Source: Spirochaetaceae bacterium (GTDB lineage: Bacteria > Spirochaetota > Spirochaetia > DSM-27196 > PXBQ01). From it: a DNA stretch of 64,000 bases. Position numbers and translations under genes: made by a program. The stretch's first letter is position 1. Every line of letters starts with the position of its first letter. A model generated the notes under the pieces. The model had not been told where the DNA came from, did not search any database, and saw only the letters and a list, made by a program, of their open reading frames with translations. Shown one piece after another: positions 29,336 through 39,072 of the stretch. Location of the stretch: assembly GCA_007695285.1 (NCBI GenBank), contig REEC01000117.1, positions 17,431 to 81,430 of the forward strand, written 5' to 3'.

Positions 29336-29394
29336 ATTATACTCCGCCTGCGCCGTTTCGAGAACTGTCGCCACGGTCGCACGTATGGTATAGT
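29336..29394. promoter_or_regulatory. back-to-back promoters for PIN-PhoH (-) and amidohydrolase (+)
   Basis: Minus-strand TATAAT (29341-29336); plus-strand extended -10 TGG-TATAGT (29386-29394) 6 nt before ATG 29401. Confidence 0.55.
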
Positions 29395-29400
29395 ACGCCC

Positions 29401-30606
29401 ATGAACGTACGCGCGCGGATTCAAGATGCCGCGAAGGAACTCGCGGAGCGGATGATCGGTATCCGGCGCGAGTTTCACAGACACCCGGAGCTGTCGTTTC
29501 ACGAGCACGACACCGCTCAAAGGCTTTCGCAGATTCTGACCGAAGAGAAGATCGCTCATCGCACCGAAGTCGCGGGAACCGGGATAATCGCCGAGATCAC
29601 GGGCGCACGCGCCATGACCCGGCCGCTCGTGGTCCTCAGAACCGACATCGACGCTTTGCCGATCACCGAAGAGACGGGGTACGCGTTTTCGTCGCAAAAC
29701 CCCGGCGTGATGCACGCGTGTGGCCACGATGTTCACATGACGTGTGTCCTCGGCGCCGCGTTCGTCCTGTCGCGCCTTGCTGACGTCCTGCCGGGTAGGG
29801 TCAGGCTGCTTTTTCAACCGGCAGAAGAAAAAATTCCGGGTGGTGCGATCGGCATGATCGACGCCGGTGCGCTGCGCGATCCCATCCCTTCTACGGTGAT
29901 CGGGCAGCACATCAACCCGACGATGAAAGTCGGCACGGTCGGCTTTCGGGCGGGTTTGCACATGGCGTCGGCCGACGATGTGTACGTAACGATACGCGGG
30001 CACGGAGCGCACGGAGCGCAGCCCGACCGGTCGGTCGATCCGGTCGTAATCGGCGCTCAGATCGTCACGGCTCTGCAGCAGATCGTATCGCGCAACGCCG
30101 CACCCGAGACACCGTCGGTCCTGACGTTCGGGCGCTTCATCGCCGACGGAGCCACCAACGTAATACCGAACTCGGTGTATCTCGAAGGCACCTTTCGCAC
30201 GGTCGACGAGCGGTGGCGCACGGCCGCGCACGCGAAGATCAAGGCCTCGATTTCAGGCATCTGCGATGCGCTCGGGGCACACGCCGAGGTGGAGATCGTT
30301 AAGGGCTACCCGTGTCTCGAAAACGATCATAGGGTAACCGCGCGGCTTCGCGAGTACGCGGAGCAGTACGTCGGCGCCGAACGCGTCACCGAACTTCCTC
30401 TCACGATGGGCGCCGAAGACTTTGCGTACTACGGGCGCGAACGGCCGGCGTGCTTCTACAACCTTGGCGTGACCGCGATCGACAACGCCGAACCCGAACC
30501 GCTTCATTCGTCGAGGCTGCTGATCGATGAGCGGTGCATCGAACTCGGCGCGGGTCTGCTCGCGTGGAACGCGTACAACGAGCTGTTGCACGCCTCGGCA
30601 GAGTGA
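29401..30606 (+). CDS. M20D amidohydrolase (hippurate hydrolase/aminoacylase family)
   Basis: 'RR.FH.HPELS', 'RTDIDALP', 'MHACGHD', 'FQPAEE', 'EDF'. Confidence 0.93.
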   Translation: MNVRARIQDAAKELAERMIGIRREFHRHPELSFHEHDTAQRLSQILTEEKIAHRTEVAGTGIIAEITGARAMTRPLVVLRTDIDALPITEETGYAFSSQNPGVMHACGHDVHMTCVLGAAFVLSRLADVLPGRVRLLFQPAEEKIPGGAIGMIDAGALRDPIPSTVIGQHINPTMKVGTVGFRAGLHMASADDVYVTIRGHGAHGAQPDRSVDPVVIGAQIVTALQQIVSRNAAPETPSVLTFGRFIADGATNVIPNSVYLEGTFRTVDERWRTAAHAKIKASISGICDALGAHAEVEIVKGYPCLENDHRVTARLREYAEQYVGAERVTELPLTMGAEDFAYYGRERPACFYNLGVTAIDNAEPEPLHSSRLLIDERCIELGAGLLAWNAYNELLHASAE

Positions 30607-30638
30607 ACAACCGCGCCCGTTGTGCCTCCGCGCTCCCG

Positions 30639-30668
30639 TTGAAACTCGCGTCGGGTGTGCTGTATCCT
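30639..30668 (+). promoter_or_regulatory. sigma70 promoter of the XPB helicase operon
   Basis: TTGAAA, 18-nt spacer, TATCCT; ATG follows 8 nt later with no SD. Confidence 0.45.
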
Positions 30669-30676
30669 GTGCCGAC

Positions 30677-32356
30677 ATGACCGAAGCACCCGACCGCGTT
30701 ACCCCTCTCATAGTTCAGAGCGACGGATCACTTCTTCTCGACGTTCACGATCCCGGCTATGAAGTTGCCCGGAACGACATATCACCGTTTGCCGAGCTCG
30801 AGAAGTCTCCTGAACATATGCACACGTACCGAATGTCACCGCTTTCGCTCTGGAACGCCGCATCGGCGAGTTTCAGCCCGGAGTTCGTCCTCGAGACTCT
30901 GATAAGATACTCGCGCTTCCCGGTTCCCGAGAACGTCGGGTTCTCGGTCCGAGAGACGATGTCGCGGTTCGGGCGCGTGATACTCACCGAGGCCGACGAG
31001 CCCGGGCACTTGATTCTCCAAGTCGCCGATGAGGCGATCCGCGCCGAGATCTCCGGCACGAAGTCGGTGGCGAAACTGATCGAACCGTACGGAGATAACG
31101 GGTTTCTCGTCCGGTTGTACGACCGTGGAACGATCAAACAGGAACTCGTCAAGATCGGATGGCCGGTCAAGGACGAAGCGCCGCTGCTCGACGGCGACGC
31201 TTTTACCGTTCAACTGCGCGGAACCACGCGGAACGGCGGCGAGTTCACGGTTCGCGACTACCAGTCCGAGGCGGCGCGCGCGTTTCACGGCAACGGCCTG
31301 CCGGGATCGGGTTTCGGCACGGTCGTTCTCCCGTGTGGAGCAGGCAAGACGATCGTCGGCATGGCGGTCATGGAGAAAGCGCAGACCAACACGTTGATCC
31401 TCACGACCAACGTCGCCGCGGTGCACCAGTGGATGGACGAACTCGCCGACAAGACCGAGATCGACCCCGACGACATCGGCGAGTACACCGGCGATACAAA
31501 GAACATCAAGCCGATCACGATCGCAACGTATCAGATTCTCGTGTGGCGCGCGGACCGCGAGTCCGACTTCCCGCACTTCTCGCTCTTCCGCAAACGAAAA
31601 TGGGGTCTGATCATTTACGACGAAGTTCATCTGCTGCCCGCGCCGGTCTTTCGCGTCACGGCGGAGATCCAGGCGATTCGCCGCCTTGGGCTCACGGCGA
31701 CGCTCGTCCGCGAGGATGGCCGTGCGGACGACGTGTTTTCTCTCGTCGGGCCGAAACGATACGACGTGCCGTGGAAGGAACTCGAGAAAAAGGGTTGGAT
31801 CGCCGAGGCGTACTGCCACGAGATCCGCGTCGACCTTCCGGCCGACAAGAAGATTCCGTACGCGGTCGCCGATCGACGCGAGAAGTTTCGGATCGCGAGC
31901 GAGAATCCGCGCAAGATCGAGATAACCCGTCAACTCGTCGCGAATCATCCCGAGGATCACATTCTCGTGATAGGACAGTACCTCGATCAGCTCGCGGAGA
32001 TCGCGAGCGACCTCGACGTACCGATTATCACGGGTAAAACGCCGAACGCCGAACGCGAAGCGATTTACCACGACTTTCGCGCCGGCAAGACACGCATTAT
32101 CGTCGTCTCAAAGGTCGCGAACTTCGCGATCGATCTGCCGGACGCGTCGGTCGCGATCCAGGTTTCGGGCACGTTCGGCTCACGGCAGGAAGAAGCGCAG
32201 CGGCTCGGTCGGATCCTCAGACCAAAAAAGCGGAACTCGACGTTTTACTCAATCGTATCGCGCTACACGACCGAGGAGCAGTTCGCGGCGAATCGCCAGA
32301 AATTCCTTACCGAGCAAGGGTACAAGTATCATATCGAACTGTGGAACACCGAATGA
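30677..32356 (+). CDS. XPB/Ssl2-like SF2 DNA helicase
   Basis: 'PLIVQSD', 'EKSPEH.HTYR...SLWNA', 'LPCGAGKT', 'DEVH', 'GLTAT', 'QRLGRILR'. Confidence 0.93.
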   Translation: MTEAPDRVTPLIVQSDGSLLLDVHDPGYEVARNDISPFAELEKSPEHMHTYRMSPLSLWNAASASFSPEFVLETLIRYSRFPVPENVGFSVRETMSRFGRVILTEADEPGHLILQVADEAIRAEISGTKSVAKLIEPYGDNGFLVRLYDRGTIKQELVKIGWPVKDEAPLLDGDAFTVQLRGTTRNGGEFTVRDYQSEAARAFHGNGLPGSGFGTVVLPCGAGKTIVGMAVMEKAQTNTLILTTNVAAVHQWMDELADKTEIDPDDIGEYTGDTKNIKPITIATYQILVWRADRESDFPHFSLFRKRKWGLIIYDEVHLLPAPVFRVTAEIQAIRRLGLTATLVREDGRADDVFSLVGPKRYDVPWKELEKKGWIAEAYCHEIRVDLPADKKIPYAVADRREKFRIASENPRKIEITRQLVANHPEDHILVIGQYLDQLAEIASDLDVPIITGKTPNAEREAIYHDFRAGKTRIIVVSKVANFAIDLPDASVAIQVSGTFGSRQEEAQRLGRILRPKKRNSTFYSIVSRYTTEEQFAANRQKFLTEQGYKYHIELWNTE

Positions 32357-34344
32357 GCGACGAACTGCGGTGGCGGGCGAGTCTCGTTCGACTCCCCGAC
32401 GAGATATTTTTCGAGTTGATCCGAAACTACGTCGGCGAGGTCAAGACGCCGTTCAACAAACACGATCTGATCGCGCGTCTCGAGTCCTTTCTCCGCAGTC
32501 CGAGAGTTCACGATAGAATCGTCAGTTTGATCGACTCGACCGATGCGAAAATACTGTCGGCTATAGCGCTGCTGCACGAGCCGACGTACGACACGCTGTT
32601 CGAGTTCTTCGAACACCAAATCGCACCGATCGATCTTCATCACCGCGTCCTGAATCTTGAGGAGCGTCTTGTGATTTACTCGGATCCCGAGTCGCGGAAG
32701 ATCCGGTTCACGCCGTTCTTGTCCGATACGATCGCCAACTCGGTCGTACGGACCGAAAACATCGTGCAGTTCGTCCCGTTCAACACAACGACGGCTCGTT
32801 CACCGTGGCTTACAGACGCGTTCCTGCTCGGCTTATTCTCGTACCTTTCCGACGCCCCGGACCCGTTTAAAACCGCGGGTGGCGTGAAAAAGCGCGTCGC
32901 CGACGAGATGCGCGCGGTTTTCCCGGGGATCGAGACGCGACTCGGGACAGCGACGCGCCTCGATGCGATTCTCAGCGCGCTCACGAAACTCGCTCTGCTA
33001 CGCCCCGACTCCGGCAGGACGACCGTCGCGATCGATGACTGGGTTGCGTACGGCGAGTTAACTCCGTACTTGCGACGCGTCAATATGTACGCCGCGTGCC
33101 TCGCGACGAGTCCTGCCGAGATCGCGGACATCGCGGAGCTTCTCTCGCACCTCGACGCGGCAATCCCTCCCGATGTCGCGTTCGACCGTGATACGTTCGA
33201 CCGTATCGTGCGGCTTGTCCGGATCAATACGGGCCGGCGGTCTGCGTTGACCGGCGAGTACTTCGAGATTCTGATCGATCTTCACGTGATCATCGACGAG
33301 CAAGACCGGTATTGGTGGAATACCCGTGCGTTTCGCGATCCGTCGTTTGCCACACCGGAGCCGCACGAGTCGCCGCTCATCGTGCATCCGAATCTTGAAA
33401 TTACCGTGAAACCGTGGGTCGAGTTCATTGAGGGCCTTCGCGTATGCCACACGATGAAGATCCGCGTTTTCGACGTGTACGCACGGTACGAACTCGACAA
33501 AACCTCGCTCTTCCGGGCGCTCGACGACGGTGTGACGGTCGAAGAAGTCAAAGCGCGCTTTGAGGCGCTCGCACCGGTACCACAAAACTTCGGATTCATG
33601 CTCGACGCGTGGGCGGATGAACACGGCAGCGTACAAATCCTCGACGGGATCGCCATCGTCGTCGATGAGGACCGTCGCCACATAATCGAACACTACGGGC
33701 CTTTCCAGCGTCACGTACGCCGCGCGCTCGCTCCGGGGGTATACCTCATGGCGCGCGCCGACGAACCGCAATGGCGAGCGGAACTCGCCGCCGCGGGCAT
33801 TTCACCGGTCCCCGAGACGCGACGGTTTACGGGCGATCACGTTACACGAGATACGGCGCCCCGCTGGAGTACGAGCGGCGTGCAGCCCGTCACGGTCCTC
33901 AAGCCGGGCCCCGGCGCGTACACGCCGGACGACACCGCAGCTGTTCGCGCACGGATTATCGAGTCCGCTGACCTTGAGTCGCTCACCGACGATCAGCGCC
34001 TCGAGTTCACGCGGCGCGTCGAGTCGCGCGTTATCCTCTTCCCCGAACAGGTTGCCGCCGCGGTCGCCCGAACCGAAAAAGTCGAGGCGAAAGGGCTGGA
34101 TTATATCGGAAAGGTCCGGTTGATCGAACAGGTCCTGCGCGGGCGCGGCACCGCGCTCGAGATCGTCGAACGGAGCGCGACCGGCGCGCCGAAGAAACAC
34201 CTCATCCGCCCCGAAAGCCTCGACAAAAAAGCCACGGAGTTGGTTCTGGTCGGCACGACGATCCCCGACGGAGGTGCGATTCGGATCCGGGTTGGAAAGA
34301 TCGGCGTGGTCAGAAAGGTCAGAACCGGTCTCTTCCACGAGTGA
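32353..34344 (+). CDS. XPB helicase-associated protein (Helicase_C_3-like domain, WYL-like C-terminus)
   Basis: ATGA overlap with the helicase; 'LIVHPNLEI...YELDKTSLFRA...G...VPQN..L..W' matches the XPB N-terminal-like domain; C-terminal beta pattern 'I.P..L......RIRVGKI..V'. Confidence 0.7.
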   Translation: MSDELRWRASLVRLPDEIFFELIRNYVGEVKTPFNKHDLIARLESFLRSPRVHDRIVSLIDSTDAKILSAIALLHEPTYDTLFEFFEHQIAPIDLHHRVLNLEERLVIYSDPESRKIRFTPFLSDTIANSVVRTENIVQFVPFNTTTARSPWLTDAFLLGLFSYLSDAPDPFKTAGGVKKRVADEMRAVFPGIETRLGTATRLDAILSALTKLALLRPDSGRTTVAIDDWVAYGELTPYLRRVNMYAACLATSPAEIADIAELLSHLDAAIPPDVAFDRDTFDRIVRLVRINTGRRSALTGEYFEILIDLHVIIDEQDRYWWNTRAFRDPSFATPEPHESPLIVHPNLEITVKPWVEFIEGLRVCHTMKIRVFDVYARYELDKTSLFRALDDGVTVEEVKARFEALAPVPQNFGFMLDAWADEHGSVQILDGIAIVVDEDRRHIIEHYGPFQRHVRRALAPGVYLMARADEPQWRAELAAAGISPVPETRRFTGDHVTRDTAPRWSTSGVQPVTVLKPGPGAYTPDDTAAVRARIIESADLESLTDDQRLEFTRRVESRVILFPEQVAAAVARTEKVEAKGLDYIGKVRLIEQVLRGRGTALEIVERSATGAPKKHLIRPESLDKKATELVLVGTTIPDGGAIRIRVGKIGVVRKVRTGLFHE

Positions 34345-35884
34345 ACTCGGACAGCACTCCCGAGAACAACGCGTACTGAGCTTCCGCCTGTTTCTCAAAC
34401 ATCGTCCGGCCGGTCACGATCGGGCATCCGGCACGCCGCGCGCGGCCGAGCATCTTCGTGATCTCGGGTGTATACACGATGTCGTACACGATCTCGTGCC
34501 CCGCAAAAGAAAACTCCGGGATCGGGTCGTCGTCCTCGAGCGGTTCCATCCCGACGCTCGTCGTCTGCACGATGATGTCGCTGTACCGGCGCAGAAGATC
34601 CATCCCGCCCGCGTCGAGTCCCCCGGACGCGGCGAGGTCGAACTCACGCTTGAGCGCGTCGGCCCTCTCGACCGTCCTGTTCAAGACACACACGCCCGCG
34701 CCCTCAGACCGGAGCGCCGCGCACACCGCGCGCGCGGCACCACCCGCGCCGATCACACTCGCGCGCATCCCCGCTACCTTTCGTCCGGTAATCGTCCTCA
34801 ACGGCGACAGAAATCCCGCGATGTCGGTGTTGAACCCGGCCCACCGTGGAGAAGACTCCAGATGTGAGCCGCCCGATTGCGTTCCTCCCTGTTGCGTCTC
34901 CGTCAGCGGCAACCGCACAAGCGTATTGCACGCGCGCGTGGTCCGGACGTCGCCGTCGGTCTGCGCGAGCCGCGGCAGGACGGCTTGTTTGTGCGGTATC
35001 GTGACCGAGACGCCGAGGATCTCAAGCGATCGGGCGACGGTCCAGAAGTCTTCGATTCTGTCTACTTGAATCGGCACGTACACGGCGTCGAGCCGGTCGT
35101 CGGAAAACCGGCGATTGTGGTAGTTCGGTGACCGCGAGTGCATGACCGGATTCCCGATCACGGCGAACACCGCGGTTCCGCGGGATACGTCCCGGTACCG
35201 ATATACCTCGACCATCGTCGCCGGATCGATATGTCCCGGCGCCGCTGAGTGCCCCGGGGATGAAACAAAAGAAAGGTAACACCCAAGCCGTGGAGCGAGC
35301 ACGCGCGTCGGGAACCCGTACTCTCCCATACCCAGAACGATTTTCTCGCGAGCGGCCGTGTCGAGAGCCGCGTCGATCAGTCGCGCGAGATCCGCGGTCG
35401 ACCGTGGAGTGACGGCGAGCTTCCCAATCTCACCGGGACGCGCGCAGAGCCGCGCGATCGCCTCGGCCGGGTCGGACGTGATCCCCGTGAAGTCGTGCAG
35501 CGAGCGGATCACGCGGACGCCCGCAGCCCGCGCTTCGGCCGCGAGCGCCCGTCCCGCCTCCGACTCTTCCAGATCGATCTCGAGGTCGACGTGTGAGTAG
35601 CCCGCTCGTAAACTCTCCGCGATGACCTCGAGCCGCCGCTGCTCACCGTTCTGCCAGCTCCCACCGTCGCGCGTCCGCCGAACCGTCAGGATCACGCCCC
35701 CCGACAACTCGCGAACGCCGGGCAAAGCAGCGCGCAGATGTTCGGGAAACGAACTGATCGGCTCCACGCTTGCGGAATCGAGCCGATCGGCGCGAAACTC
35801 GATTGCGTCGATTTTCGAGAGATACGGCCGAATTAGCCGGATGTTTTCCGCGACTGTACCGCCGGTAACCGAAAGGCAGATCAT
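34319..35884 (-). CDS. aroDE: bifunctional type I 3-dehydroquinate dehydratase / shikimate dehydrogenase
   Basis: N-half 'IEFRAD', 'LTVR...DGG', 'SLHDF', 'KLAV', 'APG'; C-half 'HSRSP', 'SVTIPHK', 'NTD', 'GAGGAA', 'NRT..RA', 'DIVY.P'. Confidence 0.9.
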   Translation of the reverse strand: MICLSVTGGTVAENIRLIRPYLSKIDAIEFRADRLDSASVEPISSFPEHLRAALPGVRELSGGVILTVRRTRDGGSWQNGEQRRLEVIAESLRAGYSHVDLEIDLEESEAGRALAAEARAAGVRVIRSLHDFTGITSDPAEAIARLCARPGEIGKLAVTPRSTADLARLIDAALDTAAREKIVLGMGEYGFPTRVLAPRLGCYLSFVSSPGHSAAPGHIDPATMVEVYRYRDVSRGTAVFAVIGNPVMHSRSPNYHNRRFSDDRLDAVYVPIQVDRIEDFWTVARSLEILGVSVTIPHKQAVLPRLAQTDGDVRTTRACNTLVRLPLTETQQGGTQSGGSHLESSPRWAGFNTDIAGFLSPLRTITGRKVAGMRASVIGAGGAARAVCAALRSEGAGVCVLNRTVERADALKREFDLAASGGLDAGGMDLLRRYSDIIVQTTSVGMEPLEDDDPIPEFSFAGHEIVYDIVYTPEITKMLGRARRAGCPIVTGRTMFEKQAEAQYALFSGVLSEFTRGRDRF

Positions 35885-35886
35885 CG

Positions 35887-37287
35887 CTACGCGTCCGCTC
35901 CGGGCAAAAAACCGCCGCCGGAGATGAGCCGTTCGAACGATTCGGAGTCGACCGGTTTGGAGTAGAAGTAGCCCTGGATAAACCGGCAACCTTCGGCGTA
36001 CAAGAAATCGCGCTGTCCGCGATTCTCAACGCCCTCGGCGAGCGTCTCGATCCGGATGTTGCGCGCGAGCGAGATGATCGCTCGGACAATCTCCTGGTTG
36101 TCGAGATTTGTGTGGACGTCGTCGATGAACGATTTATCGATCTTGAGAGTGTCGATCGGAAACTTGCCGAGGTAACTGAACGACGAGTACCCGGTGCCGA
36201 AGTCGTCGATCGAAAGGCGAATCCCCAGATCCCGCAGTTCGCGCATTTTTCGGATCGCGCTCTCGGGGTTCTCCATGACGGTTCGCTCGGTCAGCTCGAG
36301 CTTCAGGAAGCGCCCGTCGAGTTTGACCGCGCTCAACACGCCCTTAACCCGATCGATCAGATCGTGCTGTTTGAACTGCGACGGCGACAGGTTCACCGAG
36401 ACGAACAGATCGTCAAAACCACGATTATGCCACTCCGCCACTTGCCGGCACGCGCTGAACAGCACCCACTGCCCGATCTGGCGTATCAAGCCGGTCTCCT
36501 CGGCGATCGGTATGAACCGAGCCGGAGACACGGCCCCGAGCGTCGCGTTCCGCCACCGGATTAACGCCTCGGCTCCGCGAATTCTGTGTTCCGTGTCGAC
36601 AAACGGTTGAAAATAGACCTCGAACTCCGCAAAATCCGCATCGATCGCGGCCGACAATCTCCGGTCGATCTCGTACCGATCGCGGTATCGTTGGCCCATC
36701 TGGTCGGTGTACAAGATAGAACCGAGACGCCACCTCTCGGCCTCCTCGAGCGCGATTTCGGCGTTCGAGATCAAATCTTCGCGTGAGCTGCCGTTGGCCG
36801 GGTACACGGAAAAACCGATGTAGCAGCCGAACGAGATATCCTCCGCGGGCTGCTCGTGCGGCTGCTGCACGACGTTCAAAATACGCTCACCGATCGCCAC
36901 GACCTCCGAGATGCCCGAAACCGAAGGAAGCACGATCAAAAACTCATCGAGTCTGTCCGACTGGAAGAGCGTCTCGCCGATCACCGACTGGATACGGAGG
37001 ATCGTCTTGAACAACAGTACGCGACTTCTGTCGCGAGCATTTTTAATCTTGGCGTACGAGCTGTCGAGTCGAAGCATGGCGACCGATAACGATGTGCCCG
37101 ATTCCTGTGCCTGCAGGAACACGTCGTCGAAGTGTCGGTCGAACAACCGCCGAATCGGGAGCCCCGTGTACGGGTCCTGATTCAACAGTGTCTCGAGTTC
37201 CTCGTTTTTTTCTCGGAGCGTCCGGTTTTCTTCAATCAGACCGGAAAACCCGTCGCTGCTCACTTGATCGTCACGCACGCCCGGCAT
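35887..37287 (-). CDS. degenerate GGDEF + intact EAL protein (c-di-GMP phosphodiesterase)
   Basis: 'D.YTGLP'; GGDEF replaced by 'RLDEF'; 'EALIRW', 'SVNLS', 'ELTE', 'DDFGTGYSS', 'LKID', 'AEGVE', 'QGY'. Confidence 0.92.
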   Translation of the reverse strand: MPGVRDDQVSSDGFSGLIEENRTLREKNEELETLLNQDPYTGLPIRRLFDRHFDDVFLQAQESGTSLSVAMLRLDSSYAKIKNARDRSRVLLFKTILRIQSVIGETLFQSDRLDEFLIVLPSVSGISEVVAIGERILNVVQQPHEQPAEDISFGCYIGFSVYPANGSSREDLISNAEIALEEAERWRLGSILYTDQMGQRYRDRYEIDRRLSAAIDADFAEFEVYFQPFVDTEHRIRGAEALIRWRNATLGAVSPARFIPIAEETGLIRQIGQWVLFSACRQVAEWHNRGFDDLFVSVNLSPSQFKQHDLIDRVKGVLSAVKLDGRFLKLELTERTVMENPESAIRKMRELRDLGIRLSIDDFGTGYSSFSYLGKFPIDTLKIDKSFIDDVHTNLDNQEIVRAIISLARNIRIETLAEGVENRGQRDFLYAEGCRFIQGYFYSKPVDSESFERLISGGGFLPGADA

Positions 37288-37335
37288 TATTCCTCAAATA
37301 CGCGAAAAACACAATAATAATCCTATTTTTGCGGA

Positions 37336-37893
37336 TTATACCGTGTCCGTCCGGAACGGCACCCCAAGGTGCTCGGCGATCCGTGTTCCGATCATCGACA
37401 ACTCACCCGACGACCGGCTGTCCTCGAGGAAGAGCGAGCGATCTCTCGTCTCGACGACGAGTTTCGCGATCTCTACACCGCGGCTCATCGACCCCGTGAA
37501 CAAGCCCCCGTCGCGTCGCGGCAGATCGCGCTTCTTTGAGAGCACAACCGACTGCAGAACAACGGCGCACACATCGGAGGCAGCCACGACCGACGCGCGC
37601 AGTGGTATGCCGACGAACCGCGTTCGCCGTTCCACCGAATCCCCCCTGCGGAATACGACTCTGGTATCCCAACCGGAGACGCCGAAACAGACGAGCAGGA
37701 CTGCGAAGTAAAAAACCGTTCCGCCCAACTGCTCGCGGGGAACACCACGGTCGGGATCGATTCCGACGAGAAACGCGACAAACAACAGGATCGCGAGGCC
37801 GAGAAACAGGACGCGACGCCGTGGACTCGTTTTCAGCGTCAACGACCCCGACGAGTCTTTATGCAAACTGAATCGCGATCCGACCGACAACAT
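37336..37893 (-). CDS. hypothetical 2-TM membrane protein
   Basis: Two hydrophobic helices followed by a soluble beta domain; fills the gap between oppF and the EAL gene. Confidence 0.55.
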   Translation of the reverse strand: MLSVGSRFSLHKDSSGSLTLKTSPRRRVLFLGLAILLFVAFLVGIDPDRGVPREQLGGTVFYFAVLLVCFGVSGWDTRVVFRRGDSVERRTRFVGIPLRASVVAASDVCAVVLQSVVLSKKRDLPRRDGGLFTGSMSRGVEIAKLVVETRDRSLFLEDSRSSGELSMIGTRIAEHLGVPFRTDTV

Positions 37894-37917
37894 CGTCGTG
37901 CGCCGTACTTTTTTCCG

Positions 37918-39072
37918 TCACCCGTTCGGCGGGTTATGGCACGCGATCACGTGGCCGTTCCGGTCCTTCTCAAGGATCGGTGAAACGCGCGTACAGACGT
38001 CGGTGCGGTATAGGCACCGTGGGTTGAACGTGCATCCACTCGGCGGGTTGACGGGGCTCGGGACATCGCCCTCGAGAATTATTTGGTGTGAAACGTGATC
38101 GGGATCGGCAACAGGAACCGCAGAAAGAAGCGAGATCGTGTAGGGATGGCGCGGCGTCGCGTAGAGGTCCTCACCACCGGACAACTCGACGATCTTGCCG
38201 AGGTACATGACCGCGACGCGGTCGGAGATGTACTGAACGATGCTCAAGTCGTGCGCGATGAAGATGAACGTCAGGTCAAAATCGTCCTGCAATGAGATTA
38301 ACAGGTTCAGAATCTGAGCCTGGATCGAGACGTCGAGCGCGCTCACCGGCTCGTCGCACACGATCAGCGACGGGGTAAGCGACAACGCGCGCGCGATCCC
38401 GATCCGTTGCCGCTGTCCTCCCGAGAACTCGTGCGGATACCGGTTTGCGGCGAGCGATGGAAGGCCGACTTTGTCGAGCAGCTCGCGGACCCATTTGTCG
38501 AGGTCTGCGCCGCGGTGCGTCCCGTACTCGCGCGGTCCCTCGGCGATGATGTCCTTCACGACCATCTGCGGGTTCAACGACGCCCACGGATCCTGAAACA
38601 CCATCTGGACGCGGCGGCGACATTCTTTGAGCGTATGCGTGTTCATCGAGAGAATGTCGGACCCCGACGCGCGCGCATCGGCTTTGTGCTTGAGATCCGA
38701 GATCTTTCGTTTGAGCGAGAGAACTCCGGAGTTCGTCAATGCGCGGAAATTCGAGAGCCCCATCGTCGCTTCGGCGAGTTCGGCTTCGAGATTCGTGCGT
38801 TGCTCGTCGAGCTCCGACACCTCCGCGACCACCTCGTCGATCGGGTCGATGAAAACGCGTCCCGCGTCCGGCTCGTACAGCCGAAGCAGACACCGACCGA
38901 CCGTCGTCTTGCCGCACCCTGACTCACCGACAAGACCCAAGGTCTCGCCGCGACGAACGTCGAGGTTCACCCCATCGACTGCCTTCAACGTGAGATTCTT
39001 CGCGGAAAACGGACTCGCCTTGACGGGGAAATACTTCTTGAGGCCCTGCACGCGCATCAAAACATCGCTCAT
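37918..39072 (-). CDS. oppF: oligopeptide ABC transporter ATP-binding subunit (with about 60-aa insertion)
   Basis: 'GESGCGKT', 'FQDP', '[12 protein letters not shown]', 'DEPVSALD', 'HPYT', 'GC.F.PRC'. Confidence 0.92.
   Translation of the reverse strand: MSDVLMRVQGLKKYFPVKASPFSAKNLTLKAVDGVNLDVRRGETLGLVGESGCGKTTVGRCLLRLYEPDAGRVFIDPIDEVVAEVSELDEQRTNLEAELAEATMGLSNFRALTNSGVLSLKRKISDLKHKADARASGSDILSMNTHTLKECRRRVQMVFQDPWASLNPQMVVKDIIAEGPREYGTHRGADLDKWVRELLDKVGLPSLAANRYPHEFSGGQRQRIGIARALSLTPSLIVCDEPVSALDVSIQAQILNLLISLQDDFDLTFIFIAHDLSIVQYISDRVAVMYLGKIVELSGGEDLYATPRHPYTISLLSAVPVADPDHVSHQIILEGDVPSPVNPPSGCTFNPRCLYRTDVCTRVSPILEKDRNGHVIACHNPPNG

Noticed and set aside
38665-38844. Intein in OppF
   Set aside because: Too short, and lacks the N-terminal Cys/Ser block and the His-Asn C-terminal motif.
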